From assembly GCA_963662795.1 (NCBI GenBank), contig OY759746.1, forward strand, positions 2,208,001-2,272,000: 64,000 bases of DNA. The letters run 5' to 3'. A program made the translations under genes and the position numbers. The DNA comes from Spirochaetia bacterium. GTDB lineage: Bacteria > Spirochaetota > Spirochaetia > CADAEX01. The notes under the pieces were generated by a model. The model made no database searches. It was given only the letters and a program-made list of their open reading frames with translations, and had not been told where the DNA came from. Shown here one piece after another: positions 28,273 to 38,520 of this stretch (position 1 is the first letter of the stretch; every line of letters begins with the position of its first letter).

Positions 28273-28974
28273 TCATGAGAGTGTGGGATAAGTGATGATA
28301 AACTGCTCAATTTTTTCAGCTGCCCTGTAAAGTTCCCGGCCTGTTTTTTTAAGGTAAGGTATTTCCACTTCAAGCTCCATAATATCGAAAAACATTTCAG
28401 ATGAATCCATGTTCCCGTTATCTTCCTGTTCTTTTTCCCTGATCAGTTCCTCAATTTTTACGGCAAGAGGGCCTGAATCTTTTGATGCTTTTATCAGAAG
28501 CTGCTTTACCGCTGAAAGGAAAACAAGGTCCTTTTCACCGCATGGGCCGTCTTCACTTGTTTTTTCAATAATATCAAGTGTCAGCTTTGAATACTCCTCT
28601 GCGGACCTGATTACTGAAACCTCTTTTTTAAGTCCCTGAAAATCCTCATCTGTGCTGAGCCTTGCGTAAAAATAAAGTTTGCGCTCTTTTGTTATTTCAT
28701 TTACAGCTTCAAGTATCTCTTTTTTACCTTGTTTCCTCCCTGTAAGGGATTCTGCATCGCGAAGTGACCTGTCAAGAATGGCAGGCGTAAATATTTCTTC
28801 TGTATTAAGTGGTATTGAATCCGGTCTGGAACCGGCGGTCTGTATCAAATGGGAACATGATGAAAGGAAGAGGCCGAAAATAATTAAAAAAAAATAAATA
28901 CTGTATGATGGGGAATGAGAGCTTTCAGATTCCCCTGAAAAAAGACCCAAATCCGATTCCTCCTCCGTTTTCAA
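28273..28974 (-). CDS. Hypothetical lipoprotein (start uncertain)
   Basis: Hydrophobic stretch ending FLSSC; helical, charged body. Confidence 0.55.
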   Translation of the reverse strand: MKTEEESDLGLFSGESESSHSPSYSIYFFLIIFGLFLSSCSHLIQTAGSRPDSIPLNTEEIFTPAILDRSLRDAESLTGRKQGKKEILEAVNEITKERKLYFYARLSTDEDFQGLKKEVSVIRSAEEYSKLTLDIIEKTSEDGPCGEKDLVFLSAVKQLLIKASKDSGPLAVKIEELIREKEQEDNGNMDSSEMFFDIMELEVEIPYLKKTGRELYRAAEKIEQFIITYPTLS

Positions 28975-30004
28975 TTTTTTTCCTTACTGTTTTTCCTTTG
29001 ATCAGATCTGTAAATTCCGGTGAAAGGCCGGGGCTGAGATTTTTTTCACTTCGAAGCGGGGCGAAATCCGCCTCTGTCATTACCTCACCGGGATGGATTG
29101 TCCGCAGCGCGATCAGAGACCTGTTGGTGGTTTCGTAATTTGCTTTTTCTGAAGGGGCAAGCCTTTTGACACCGTCTCCTGCTATAGCGTTAACCCTGGC
29201 TTTGCCGAACCTTTTTTCAAGGTCGGCAAAGATATCTTTTCTGTCCGGCCTGTTTCCGGATGCGGAAGCATATTGTTTTATTTCAGCGCTCATTTTTTTA
29301 AATTCAGAAGGATTTAATGAAGTAAGGTCATCGAGTCCTTCTCCGCTGTTGTCCAGTGTAATGTGTTTTTCAAGCGTCACTGCGCCGAGGGCCAGCGAGA
29401 CAAGCGGTACAAGAAGCGGGTCTTTTGAATGGTCTGAAACCCCGGTTTTAAAACCGAAAACGGCAGAAAGTGTTTTTATAAGAGACAGGTTATAATCCTC
29501 TTCCGGCGCGGGGTAGGAGGTTACGCAGTGAAGAAATGTAATGTCAGTTCCTGTTATGCCGACTGCCTTTTCAATATCAGAGAGAGTCGAAACCCCGCCT
29601 GAGAGAATCAGCGGCAGGGAGTATTCTGAAACCTCTTTGAGCAGCGGATAATGGTTAAGCTCGGGGGAAGCGATCTTGATCATTGAAACTCCGATATTTT
29701 TTAGAAGTCTTGCGCTTTTTATGCCGAATGGTGTTGCCAGAAATGTAATACCGCATTTTTCTGCTTCCTGCTTCAGTTTGAGATAAAACTCCTCATCCTT
29801 TTCAAGCTCCCTGAATCTTTCATAAAGGCTTGTCTCACCTCCGGGGAGTTTTATTCTGCCGCAAAGAGGATGGACAATCTCATCAGCGAAAACAACCTGG
29901 AATTTAACGCAGTCAGCACCCGAGGCGGCTGCTTTTTCTATCAGCTTAAACCCTTTTTCAAGTGAACCTCCGTGAGATGTTCCTGCTTCCGCGATAATAT
30001 ACAT
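28925..30004 (-). CDS. N-acetylneuraminate synthase family protein (NeuB/SpsE-like)
   Basis: IIAEAGTSHGG, GADCVKFQ, KIASPE, LHCVTSYP, GVSDHS, LEKHITL, C-terminal SAF/AFP-like domain. Confidence 0.88.
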   Translation of the reverse strand: MYIIAEAGTSHGGSLEKGFKLIEKAAASGADCVKFQVVFADEIVHPLCGRIKLPGGETSLYERFRELEKDEEFYLKLKQEAEKCGITFLATPFGIKSARLLKNIGVSMIKIASPELNHYPLLKEVSEYSLPLILSGGVSTLSDIEKAVGITGTDITFLHCVTSYPAPEEDYNLSLIKTLSAVFGFKTGVSDHSKDPLLVPLVSLALGAVTLEKHITLDNSGEGLDDLTSLNPSEFKKMSAEIKQYASASGNRPDRKDIFADLEKRFGKARVNAIAGDGVKRLAPSEKANYETTNRSLIALRTIHPGEVMTEADFAPLRSEKNLSPGLSPEFTDLIKGKTVRKKIENGGGIGFGSFFRGI

Positions 30005-30118
30005 ATTTTCCCGCCTGTTTATCGTATATGGTTTATTAATTTACCGTTATATTATACAATAACAAAAAATAACTCGACAAGAATACCTTGTTGTTATAAT
30101 ATTTATTGAGAGGTATTT

Positions 30119-30337
30119 ATGCAGTATTTAACATGCGATATATGCAAAAAAATGATAAGTGATCCAGTCAGGGGGAAAAATTATGTTACCCTTAAAACCA
30201 GACATCTTTGCAGAAAATGCTATCTATCAATAGCAAGGGAAATGCAGGACAGGGCGGAAGCTCAGAATATTCCCTATGACTTTCTTGAAAAGAAAGGCGA
30301 ATATGTCGCCGCAGTTGAGAAAAAGTGTTCAAAATAG
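30119..30337 (+). CDS. Small hypothetical protein with CxxC...CxxC
   Basis: TCDICKK...LCRKC; GAGG RBS and TCGACA-N17-TATAAT upstream. Confidence 0.6.
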   Translation: MQYLTCDICKKMISDPVRGKNYVTLKTRHLCRKCYLSIAREMQDRAEAQNIPYDFLEKKGEYVAAVEKKCSK

Positions 30338-30341
30338 GGAA

Positions 30342-30881
30342 ATGATTCTTCTACATATATGCTGCGCCCCCTGCGGTTCGGCTTCCGTTGAAAGGTTACT
30401 TCGCGAAAACCGTGAAGTAACCCTTTTTTTTTCAAATTCCAATATCGCTCCAAAAGAAGAATACCTTAAACGATTAAAATACGCATTAAAACTTGCATCT
30501 CATTACAATATCCCCTTGATAAAGGATAATTATGAGCATGAGAGATGGCTTTCATATATTGCGGGACTTGAGGATGAACCTGAAAAAGGAAAAAGATGCA
30601 GTAAATGCTTTTATTTTAATCTTGAAAATACTTCCCGGAAGGCATCTGAGCTTGGAATAAAAGAGTTTACCACAACGCTTACCATCAGCCCCCATAAGGA
30701 TTCAGGGCTTATTTTTGAGACAGGCGGCATTTTCCAGGGATTTAAGGAATATGACTTTAAAAAGAAAGACGGGTTCAGGCGGAGCATCGAACTTTCAAAA
30801 GAGCTTGATCTATACAGGCAGGATTACTGTGGCTGCGAGTTCAGCCTTGCGGGAAGAGCAGTTCCGGGGTTAAAGGGCTGA
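30342..30881 (+). CDS. queH: Epoxyqueuosine reductase QueH
   Basis: LLHICCAPC, NSNI.P..EY.KR, EPEKGKRCSKC, TTTLTISPHK, YRQDYCGCEFS. Confidence 0.92.
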   Translation: MILLHICCAPCGSASVERLLRENREVTLFFSNSNIAPKEEYLKRLKYALKLASHYNIPLIKDNYEHERWLSYIAGLEDEPEKGKRCSKCFYFNLENTSRKASELGIKEFTTTLTISPHKDSGLIFETGGIFQGFKEYDFKKKDGFRRSIELSKELDLYRQDYCGCEFSLAGRAVPGLKG

Positions 30882-30965
30882 AATATATAACGGCCAAGGA
30901 TTATGCCTGGATAGGTCAGGCCGGCTGAAGACATACCTGAGGGGCCGGCGGGACGGAATGCCGGG

Positions 30966-31634
30966 TCAGAGGAGGTCCGGCATCGTTTCAAGCCCCTGGA
31001 TGATGTAGAGCGGTATCGTGTCTGTTTCCACTTCAATTTCAAGAATAGTCCTGTCAAGTTTTTTGTAGTATTCGACAAGGGGCATTGTCTGCTGTCTGTA
31101 GATATCCAGCTTCCTGCTTATCTCATCCTGCGAGTCGTCTTTCCTTCCTGCCCTGTCGCCGCCTGAGTTTGATTTAATCCTCTCGATTATTACCGCGGGA
31201 TGTGCCTCAAGTATGATCACCAGTCTGATGTCTACTATTCTGCTCAGGGCTTCAGCCTGTCCTGTGTGACGGGGAAGGCCGTTCAGGATTATTATCTCTG
31301 TCTCCGGGCCGGCGGGCGCAGCGCTTTCCCCGATAAAGGCGGAGAGGAGTTTTTCCGCTATAGGAAAATCCCCGTCCTCTAAAAGGGAATTGGACTTAAG
31401 TACGTTATTTATCGTCTCAAGTTCTTTTTTTGTCAGCTTTACACCGCCGCCCCCTTCCTTTCCGGCTGTACCGTCTGACAAGGCTGCGGCCTCCCTGAGT
31501 TTTTCCCCGAAATCAAAGTGGCGGTATGTTTTTCCCCAGAGATTCCTTGTTTCAAGCTGCTGTCCGAGCGGCGTTTTTCCTGTCCCTGTGGGGCCCAGAA
31601 GAAGAATTGCTTTATATGTGTTTGTGTTGTCCAT
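30966..31634 (-). CDS. Divergent adenylate-kinase-like nucleoside monophosphate kinase
   Basis: LLLGPTGTGKT P-loop, FGEKLR, LNGLPRH..QA, RKDD...I..KL..Y..QTMPLVEYY. Confidence 0.75.
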   Translation of the reverse strand: MDNTNTYKAILLLGPTGTGKTPLGQQLETRNLWGKTYRHFDFGEKLREAAALSDGTAGKEGGGGVKLTKKELETINNVLKSNSLLEDGDFPIAEKLLSAFIGESAAPAGPETEIIILNGLPRHTGQAEALSRIVDIRLVIILEAHPAVIIERIKSNSGGDRAGRKDDSQDEISRKLDIYRQQTMPLVEYYKKLDRTILEIEVETDTIPLYIIQGLETMPDLL

Positions 31635-31671
31635 TAAAATTCCTTCTTTTAAATTGTTCTGATGCAGTGTT

Positions 31672-32460
31672 TTAAAGCAGATAAATATCTGTTCTCCTGT
31701 CCTGGAACAGGGCGCAAAGCGGTGTTACGGACTTGTCGTCAGCCAGAGAGGGGTTGATATCAACTGCGAAAAAACCCTCTTCAAAACCGCCTGCCTGTAC
31801 CATTATTCTTCCGTCGGGATCTGTTATCTGGCTGCACCCTGAAAAGGTGAGGCTTTTATCCCCGTTTGCTTCTGTACCGAACCTGTTGGCGAGGATCCAG
31901 AATATCCTGTTTTCCATGCTTCGCGACCGCGTTGTAACCTGGGCCTTGCCTGTAAGTACCAGGTTTGAAGGGTGACAGATCACCTGCGCTCCCTGAAGGG
32001 CGAGGGTGCGGGCGGCTTCCGGAAAAAGGTGGTCGAAGCACACCAGAAGGCCGATTTTTACGCCGTTTACAGTAAAAACAGGAAACCCCAGGTCTCCGGG
32101 GGTAAAGAAGAGTTTTTCCTCGTGGAAAAGATGATTTTTCCTGTATGTCTTTATCTCCCCTTCCGGGGTAAAAAGCAGTGCGCTGTTATAAACCGCGCTC
32201 CCGGATTTTTCGGCAAAGCCTGTGATAATTGTCATTTTTTTCCTGATGGCAAATTCTGCGAGTTTTTCGGTTGATTTTCCCGGAACAGCTTCCGAGAGTG
32301 CAAGGACTTCCTGTTTATCGTTAAAAACATAGCCTGTGAGCGCAAGCTCGGGGAGGACCGCAAGGTCAGCTTCGCTCCCGGAAAGGGCATCTGTAATTTT
32401 TTTCAGGTTCTGCTCCGGCTCACCTAAAACAGGTGCGAACTGATAGAATCCTGCTCTCAT
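31672..32460 (-). CDS. Nitrilase / carbon-nitrogen hydrolase family protein
   Basis: Catalytic triad VLPEL, YRKNHL, LVCFDHLFPEAAR; ATG after AAGGAG. Confidence 0.9.
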   Translation of the reverse strand: MRAGFYQFAPVLGEPEQNLKKITDALSGSEADLAVLPELALTGYVFNDKQEVLALSEAVPGKSTEKLAEFAIRKKMTIITGFAEKSGSAVYNSALLFTPEGEIKTYRKNHLFHEEKLFFTPGDLGFPVFTVNGVKIGLLVCFDHLFPEAARTLALQGAQVICHPSNLVLTGKAQVTTRSRSMENRIFWILANRFGTEANGDKSLTFSGCSQITDPDGRIMVQAGGFEEGFFAVDINPSLADDKSVTPLCALFQDRRTDIYLL

Positions 32461-32633
32461 GTCTGTCTCCTTGAAAAAATTTAATAAATAGTATAGTATA
32501 TATGATATATAAAAAGTCAATTATCCGCCGGCTTAGGCAGAAAAAACAACATTCAAAAAATTGTATATTTTCTTAGTTTTTAATATTTTTAAAGTATACT
32601 TATTTAGTATCCTTTTGTTTTGGAGGAAAATTG

Positions 32634-33734
32634 ATGAGAAAATTAATTATTGGGACATTTATACTGCTTTTTGCTGCAGGCGGCGGGCTGTTTGCTGTGG
32701 ATGTGACTGCGACCCTGCCTGGGATTACTTACCTTGGCACTCCTGTAGACATATCTGCATTATCTGCTGATTTAAATCTGGCAATTGCTGATGCAGAGAC
32801 TGAACTTTCAAGGTTTGATAAAATGGACGATCTGGCAAGGGGATTTTCAAACGCCAATTCCTATGCCTCCGATGCAGCTACGACAAGGGGATTTATGGGA
32901 TATAAGTTCCTCACTATTGCCGTAGGCACAATGGTAGGTTTTCAGATGCCGAGCAACAGCATGGATGCCCTGAGCGATACCATTTCAACCATAGAAGATG
33001 ACGGCGATGCCTATTTCGGGGCAGGGTATCAGGCATTGACTGTAAGCGTAGGTGTTAACGCAGGTTTTCTTATGGACGGGCTTTACCTTACAGGAAAGAT
33101 CGGAAAGTTTTCAACAGAGACTGATGATATAAAATACGATTCATTTGTATTCGGGCTTCTTGCGAACTACCAGCTTGTTGACCCCTTTTCTATCGGAATC
33201 CTTAAATGGAGAGGGCTGCAGGTGGGAAGCGGTATTGTATATTACAAAACTGTAGCGGAAATGACTTTAAATGTTGATCCTGTTGCAACACCTGTATCAA
33301 TTGATCCGGGAACTGGCGCTGTCCCAACCAATTTATACCTTGATCCTACAATTGTTGCAGAGATAACTTCTTCCGGGTTCAAGATACCGGTTGACCTGAT
33401 AACGGGGATAAGGCTTTTCTGGATAGCAAACCTTTCCTTCGGCCTCGGTGTCGACATGAATTTCGCAGGTAGCTCTGATATTGCGCTTAAGGCAGATGGA
33501 ACAACCTATATCGGAGATGAACTCACTTCTCTTCCGGATGTGGAGGTAACTCCAGGTTCTGTTAAAGTCGACGGCGGCACAGACGGCGACGGCGCGGATA
33601 TGTTCCGTTTAAGAGCCATGGCAGGCATCGGCTTCGGACTCGGCCCGCTCAAGATAGATATACCGTTTACATATTACTTTGACGGGACAGGGCTTGGAAC
33701 AAACATAGGACTCACAGGGGCGCTGACCCTTTAA
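32634..33734 (+). CDS. Exported / outer-membrane protein, Lsa36-like spirochaete surface family
   Basis: Signal peptide ending LFA, GFSNANSYAS...GY motif, amphipathic beta-strand pattern up to the C-terminus. Confidence 0.55.
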   Translation: MRKLIIGTFILLFAAGGGLFAVDVTATLPGITYLGTPVDISALSADLNLAIADAETELSRFDKMDDLARGFSNANSYASDAATTRGFMGYKFLTIAVGTMVGFQMPSNSMDALSDTISTIEDDGDAYFGAGYQALTVSVGVNAGFLMDGLYLTGKIGKFSTETDDIKYDSFVFGLLANYQLVDPFSIGILKWRGLQVGSGIVYYKTVAEMTLNVDPVATPVSIDPGTGAVPTNLYLDPTIVAEITSSGFKIPVDLITGIRLFWIANLSFGLGVDMNFAGSSDIALKADGTTYIGDELTSLPDVEVTPGSVKVDGGTDGDGADMFRLRAMAGIGFGLGPLKIDIPFTYYFDGTGLGTNIGLTGALTL

Positions 33735-33779
33735 TATCTATTTAAAAAGGAAAAAGCTTTAACATAATTATAATGCATC

Positions 33780-33814
33780 GGGGTATCGGCCATTGCGGCT
33801 GATACCCTTTTTCT
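33780..33814 (+). terminator. Intrinsic terminator
   Basis: gggtatcggcc-attgc-ggctgataccc followed by a T-run. Confidence 0.7.
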
Positions 33815-33865
33815 TTATCCGGCAAAATGTGATATAGTATATTTATAACATAACTGCGGTTAAGG

Positions 33866-34984
33866 ATGGAAAAAATGCTTGAGAATAAGATAGCTTTAGA
33901 AAAACTCACGGAAAGGGTTTACCCCAGGGTGGAAGACGAGAGAGGTTTTTACTTCCGCGACATCACGGCAATAATACATTCCTATCCGTTCAGGCGGCTC
34001 AAGCATAAAACGCAGGTGTTTTTCTCTCCAAAGAACGACCATATCTGCACGCGGATAGAGCATGTAATGCATGTGGCGACAATATCTGTGACAATCTGCA
34101 AGGCGCTGTCGCTTGAAAGCGATCTTGCCTGGGCAATCAGCCTTGCCCATGATCTCGGCCATACTCCGTTCGGGCATACTGGAGAACACATTATTTCATC
34201 CCTGCTTGCGGATCAGGGCGGGTTTAAACACGAGGGGTACTCTCTCCGTGTAGTTGACCATCTTATAAACTACGGGAAAGGGCTTAACCTTACATATGCT
34301 GTGAGGGACGGAATAATCAACCACTGCGGCGAGGTTTTTGAACAGAGCTACCGGCCCGATTTTACGATAAAGGTCCTCTCCGCTCTTGAGGGAAGGTCGG
34401 CTTACCCTTCGACATGGGAAGGGGTGGCGGTAAGGGCCTCGGACAGGATCGCATATCTGGGACGCGATCTTGAGGATGCCCTGCAGTTAAAAATTATTGA
34501 CAGAAAGCAGATCCCTTCGGTTGTGGCAGAGACACTCGGCAAAAGCAACAGCGAAATGATTGACACACTTGTTAAAGACGTTATCCGCTATGCCGGTAAA
34601 AACGGGAAAATAGGCTTTTCGGATGCGGTTTATAACGCGATGATTGTGCTGAAAGACTTTAACTACAAGAATATCTACAACAGCAGCGTGCTTGAGGATT
34701 TTCACAAGTTTATCGAACGGGTGCTTAAAACACTCTGGGAATATCTCTCCTCGATTTTTGAAAAATACGGCTATGAGTATGAAAAATATAAAGAGGAAAA
34801 AACAATGCTAGCCTCCCGCTTCAGCGACTTTCTTTCCAAGATGGAGGATTTCTATAAAAACACGGAGAAGTCAGATAAAAATGTTGTGCTTGACTACGTA
34901 GCAGGGATGACTGACGCCTATGCCCTTGACTGCATATCGGAGCTCTACCTTCCAGGGAAGTTTTTCTACAATTTTTACACCTGA
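33866..34984 (+). CDS. HD-domain dNTP triphosphohydrolase (dGTPase-like)
   Basis: FRRLKHKTQVF, TRIEH, HDLGHTPFGH, DRIAY...DLED, DYVAGMTD. Confidence 0.9.
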   Translation: MEKMLENKIALEKLTERVYPRVEDERGFYFRDITAIIHSYPFRRLKHKTQVFFSPKNDHICTRIEHVMHVATISVTICKALSLESDLAWAISLAHDLGHTPFGHTGEHIISSLLADQGGFKHEGYSLRVVDHLINYGKGLNLTYAVRDGIINHCGEVFEQSYRPDFTIKVLSALEGRSAYPSTWEGVAVRASDRIAYLGRDLEDALQLKIIDRKQIPSVVAETLGKSNSEMIDTLVKDVIRYAGKNGKIGFSDAVYNAMIVLKDFNYKNIYNSSVLEDFHKFIERVLKTLWEYLSSIFEKYGYEYEKYKEEKTMLASRFSDFLSKMEDFYKNTEKSDKNVVLDYVAGMTDAYALDCISELYLPGKFFYNFYT

Positions 34985-35046
34985 TCGGGCAGGCAGCTGC
35001 GCCCCGGGGTAAGAAATTGTTTCCCCTTAAGACTCCGGCCTGATTT

Positions 35047-35232
35047 TCAGCAAGGCCCGCTTTTCTTCATCAGAAAATGGGTCACATTCCAGATATTCCC
35101 TTTTCCGTACCCGAATACAACAGCTGATGAAAGAAAAAAGAGCCTCCACCTGTTCCACCAGCGCTGAGCGTCATTTCCGTAGGTGTTTTCCAGTACACTC
35201 ATAATATCTTTTTTATTTGAAAAATTATTCAA
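35047..35232 (-). pseudogene. C-terminal fragment of a CFA-synthase-like SAM-dependent methyltransferase
   Basis: TYGNDAQRWWNRWRLFFLSSAVVFGYGKGNIWNVTHFLM matches the C-terminal signature of this family; the N-terminal part is absent. Confidence 0.65.
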
Positions 35233-35307
35233 ATAATATTAAAATATTTCTATATATAATAATAAAGATGCTGCAAAAACACGCCGAAATCCTAAAAAAT
35301 AAAAAAA

Positions 35308-35800
35308 TGTTATTATGGTTTTTATATTCATTTTTATTGAATTTTCAAGCGCATCGCAGATTGCAGTCTACAAACCTTTTTCCGGAGATGTATATCCGGC
35401 CGGGACAGACAGGGGGTGCTGCTGCTGTTACGGCACCGGAACTCAATGGAAGCTGACGGCACCAGAACCATATTAAGGCATGTATATTCACATCCTGACG
35501 GGCGCCCCGCTACAACAGAAGAAGTTGTTCTTGAAAATGGGGAACTTGCGGACTTTACAGTTGATTTTCCGGAAACTGACGAATGCGGCTGCAGGCTTGA
35601 GAGGAAAGGGGAAACTCTTAAATTCAGTTTTACGAGGAGCGATAAGAACAGAACAGAACAGAACAGGAGAAAATGAATATCTTTCAACATTAGCCACAGG
35701 CCCTGCATTAAACAGCTTTATAATTAATGGTTGAAATCCACAGGAAAAGCCTGCTTCAGACAGAAGTTGGCGGGAAAATCGAAAACCCTGTTGTGAATAT
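35308..35800 (+). pseudogene. Frameshifted exported hypothetical gene containing an (AGAAC)4 repeat
   Basis: Protein-like pieces in three frames (MLLWFLYSFLL / HVYSHPDGRPATTEEVVLENG / LATGPALNSFIING*). Confidence 0.45.
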
Positions 35801-36266
35801 TTATTATAATTACGGAGCCTGAAATGATTATTAAGATAATTGAGCTGATTAAGGAAAACCTGTGACTGATATTATTTACTCCATGGGGTATACCGCTCGG
35901 ATATTTCCGGAGTAAATTCCGGAAGATAGTGTATAAAACAGACAGCTGGATGATAAATATCAAGCCCTGTTTTATAAAAGAGACTAAAGCGCTTTTTGTT
36001 ACCCTGTCCCCTGATGATGAAGACTATATAAGGATAAGGAATTTTTACAGGATTTATCTCACGGTTTATTTACTGCTGTTTCTCTCCTGGTATTTTCTTG
36101 CCTGATAATAACTGATAAAGTGGGAAGCATCCCTGCCGCTGCTCTTGAGTATTATGGTGGTAGAATATAATATTTCACCGTTGGAATAATTACCATTAAT
36201 AGATTTATCGTGATGGAAATTCCTGGAAAATTCTGGTATATCTCATACGAATTAATCTGATTTTTT

Positions 36267-37118
36267 ATGTGGAGGGGCGTTTTGAAGTTTGTCTCAGGAA
36301 TTAAATGCAGTGACAGGAATGATCGCGGGCTCTGGTTTATTTTCAGCAGGAATAAAATGCTTTATGCAAAGGATGGGGAGAAGATAACCGTACCTCAGCT
36401 TTTATCGCCCTCGGAACTGGGACTGAAAACAACGCCCCCGGTATATTTCGGACAGGCTGACGGGGTAAGCTGCTGGACCGCTGAGCTGCTTGATACAGAT
36501 GATAACATCGCTGACTGCAGCGGCTGTCCTGAAAATACTGATTTTAAAAATCTGCGCGAGCTTTATCCACTGCTTGGAGATGAAATATTCTCTCTCGCAG
36601 GACGGGCCCTTCAATTGAACAACTGGAATATAAGCTGGCAGTACTGCCCCTCCTGCGGCGGCCCGCTTGATAATTCCAAAGAAGAAAGGGCAAAAGTCTG
36701 CGGCAAATGTTCAAAACCGTATTATCCTGTAATATCGCCGGCTATAATCGTAGCAGTTTCAAAAGACGACAGAATCCTTCTTGCAAGAAATCTTAGACAT
36801 GTAAGTTTTAAAAGGTTCAGCATACTTGCCGGTTTTGTCGAGCCGGGCGAATCGCTTGAGGAAACAGTAGCGCGGGAAGTTGAGGAAGAAGTTAACATTA
36901 AGGTAAAAAACATTAAATACTACGCAAGCCAGAGCTGGCCCTTTCCCCATTCACTGATGCTGGGATTCACTGCTGACTATGATTCAGGCGAGATCAGGGC
37001 TGACGGAATCGAGATAGGCGAGGCTGACTGGTTCAGGGCTGACAATCTTCCTGAAATACCGCCCCACGGGAGCATCAGCAGAATACTTATAGACAATTTT
37101 GTCAAAAATAATTCCTGA
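36267..37118 (+). CDS. nudC: NAD(H) pyrophosphatase NudC
   Basis: YCPSCG...CGKC Zn ribbon, YPVISPAII, AGFVEPGESLEETVAREVEEE Nudix box, SQSWPFPHSLM. Confidence 0.93.
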   Translation: MWRGVLKFVSGIKCSDRNDRGLWFIFSRNKMLYAKDGEKITVPQLLSPSELGLKTTPPVYFGQADGVSCWTAELLDTDDNIADCSGCPENTDFKNLRELYPLLGDEIFSLAGRALQLNNWNISWQYCPSCGGPLDNSKEERAKVCGKCSKPYYPVISPAIIVAVSKDDRILLARNLRHVSFKRFSILAGFVEPGESLEETVAREVEEEVNIKVKNIKYYASQSWPFPHSLMLGFTADYDSGEIRADGIEIGEADWFRADNLPEIPPHGSISRILIDNFVKNNS

Positions 37119-37179
37119 CTCCGCACTTGAGCGGTATCGGAACGGCAGCGCGGAAAAAGCGGAGGTTTTGTCTGTGGAA

Positions 37180-38520
37180 ATGGATGATATTATTGATGAC
37201 GGCAGGAAATATCTTTTTTACCCCTGGAAAAAACAGGATTCGGCATCACCTCCTGTAATTGAGAAAGCCGAAGGCTGCTGTTTTTGGGACAGGGACGGAA
37301 AAACATATCTTGACATGTCTTCCCAGCTTGTCAACATGAACCTGGGCCATGGAAACAGGGAAATAATTGACGCGATAAAAACCCAGGCAGAAAAACTGGC
37401 CTTTATGGCACCCCAGTATCCCCTTGATGTCAGATCTCATCTCGCAAAAATAATAATCGAGGAAATTGCCCCTGATAACATGGGTAAGGTTTTTTTCACG
37501 CTTGGAGGCAGCGACGCCAATGAGCATGCCTTAAGAATCGCAAGGGCTTTTACAGGGAAGCACAAGGTATTAAGCAGGTACAGATCCTATCACGGAGCGA
37601 CCGCAGGCTCTGCCAACTTAAGCGGCGAACCGAGAAGATTTCCGTCGGAACCGGGAATGCCGGGTTTTGTCAAATTCTTTGATCCGTATCTGTACCGTGA
37701 AACGATTGACTTTAAAAGCGAAAAGGAAGCCTCGCAGTATTACCTTGCTAAACTTGAAGAGCAGATACTCTATGAGGGGCCTGATCAGATTGCTGCAGTT
37801 TTTATTGAAACAATTACCGGCACAAACGGTGTTATAATCCCTCCTGACGGATATCTTGAAGGACTACGCGATATCTGCACCAGATACGGTATACTTTTAA
37901 TCTGTGATGAGGTAATGACAGGCTGGGGAAGGACGGGGGAGTGGTTCGCGTTCATGCACTGGAAAATAAAGCCTGATATCATCACCTTCGCGAAAGGGAT
38001 CACATGCGGATATGTACCTCTCGGCGGCGTTATTGTCAGCAGGGAAATCAGCTCCTATTTTGATGAAATTAATTTTGTAGGAGGGCTTACATACAGTGCC
38101 CATCCAATCGGATGCGCGGCCGGAATTGCTGCGATAGGCGCCTACAGAAAATATAATGTATTTGCAAATGTCAGAAACATGGAAAAAGTGCTGATCCGGG
38201 AACTTGAAGCCCTTAAGCAGAAACATGAATGTCTCGGTGATGTAAGGGTAAAAGGGCTCTTCGGCATGATTGAGCTTGTAAAGGACAAGAAAACAAAAGA
38301 GCCGCTTGTCCCTTTCAATTCCGACCCGCAGGGGATAATGGGAAAAATAATCTCAAGGCTTTTAAATGAAGGCTTTGCCACATACAGCCACGAGAACATG
38401 ATCTCTGTCTCTCCCCCCCTGATAATAACTGAAGAAGAAATAATTGAAGCCTGCGGGATACTCGATAGAGTGCTTACCTGGGTAGACAGTGAGTACTGCA
38501 GGAGAGATGGAATTGTATAA
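37180..38520 (+). CDS. Class-III omega-amino transaminase, Toa-like (taurine:2-oxoglutarate transaminase family)
   Basis: DMSSQLVNMNLGH, KVFFTLGGSDANE, YRSYHGAT, DEVMTGWGRTG, AKGITCGYVPLG, GLTYSAHP; alternative GTG start at 37174. Confidence 0.75.
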   Translation: MDDIIDDGRKYLFYPWKKQDSASPPVIEKAEGCCFWDRDGKTYLDMSSQLVNMNLGHGNREIIDAIKTQAEKLAFMAPQYPLDVRSHLAKIIIEEIAPDNMGKVFFTLGGSDANEHALRIARAFTGKHKVLSRYRSYHGATAGSANLSGEPRRFPSEPGMPGFVKFFDPYLYRETIDFKSEKEASQYYLAKLEEQILYEGPDQIAAVFIETITGTNGVIIPPDGYLEGLRDICTRYGILLICDEVMTGWGRTGEWFAFMHWKIKPDIITFAKGITCGYVPLGGVIVSREISSYFDEINFVGGLTYSAHPIGCAAGIAAIGAYRKYNVFANVRNMEKVLIRELEALKQKHECLGDVRVKGLFGMIELVKDKKTKEPLVPFNSDPQGIMGKIISRLLNEGFATYSHENMISVSPPLIITEEEIIEACGILDRVLTWVDSEYCRRDGIV

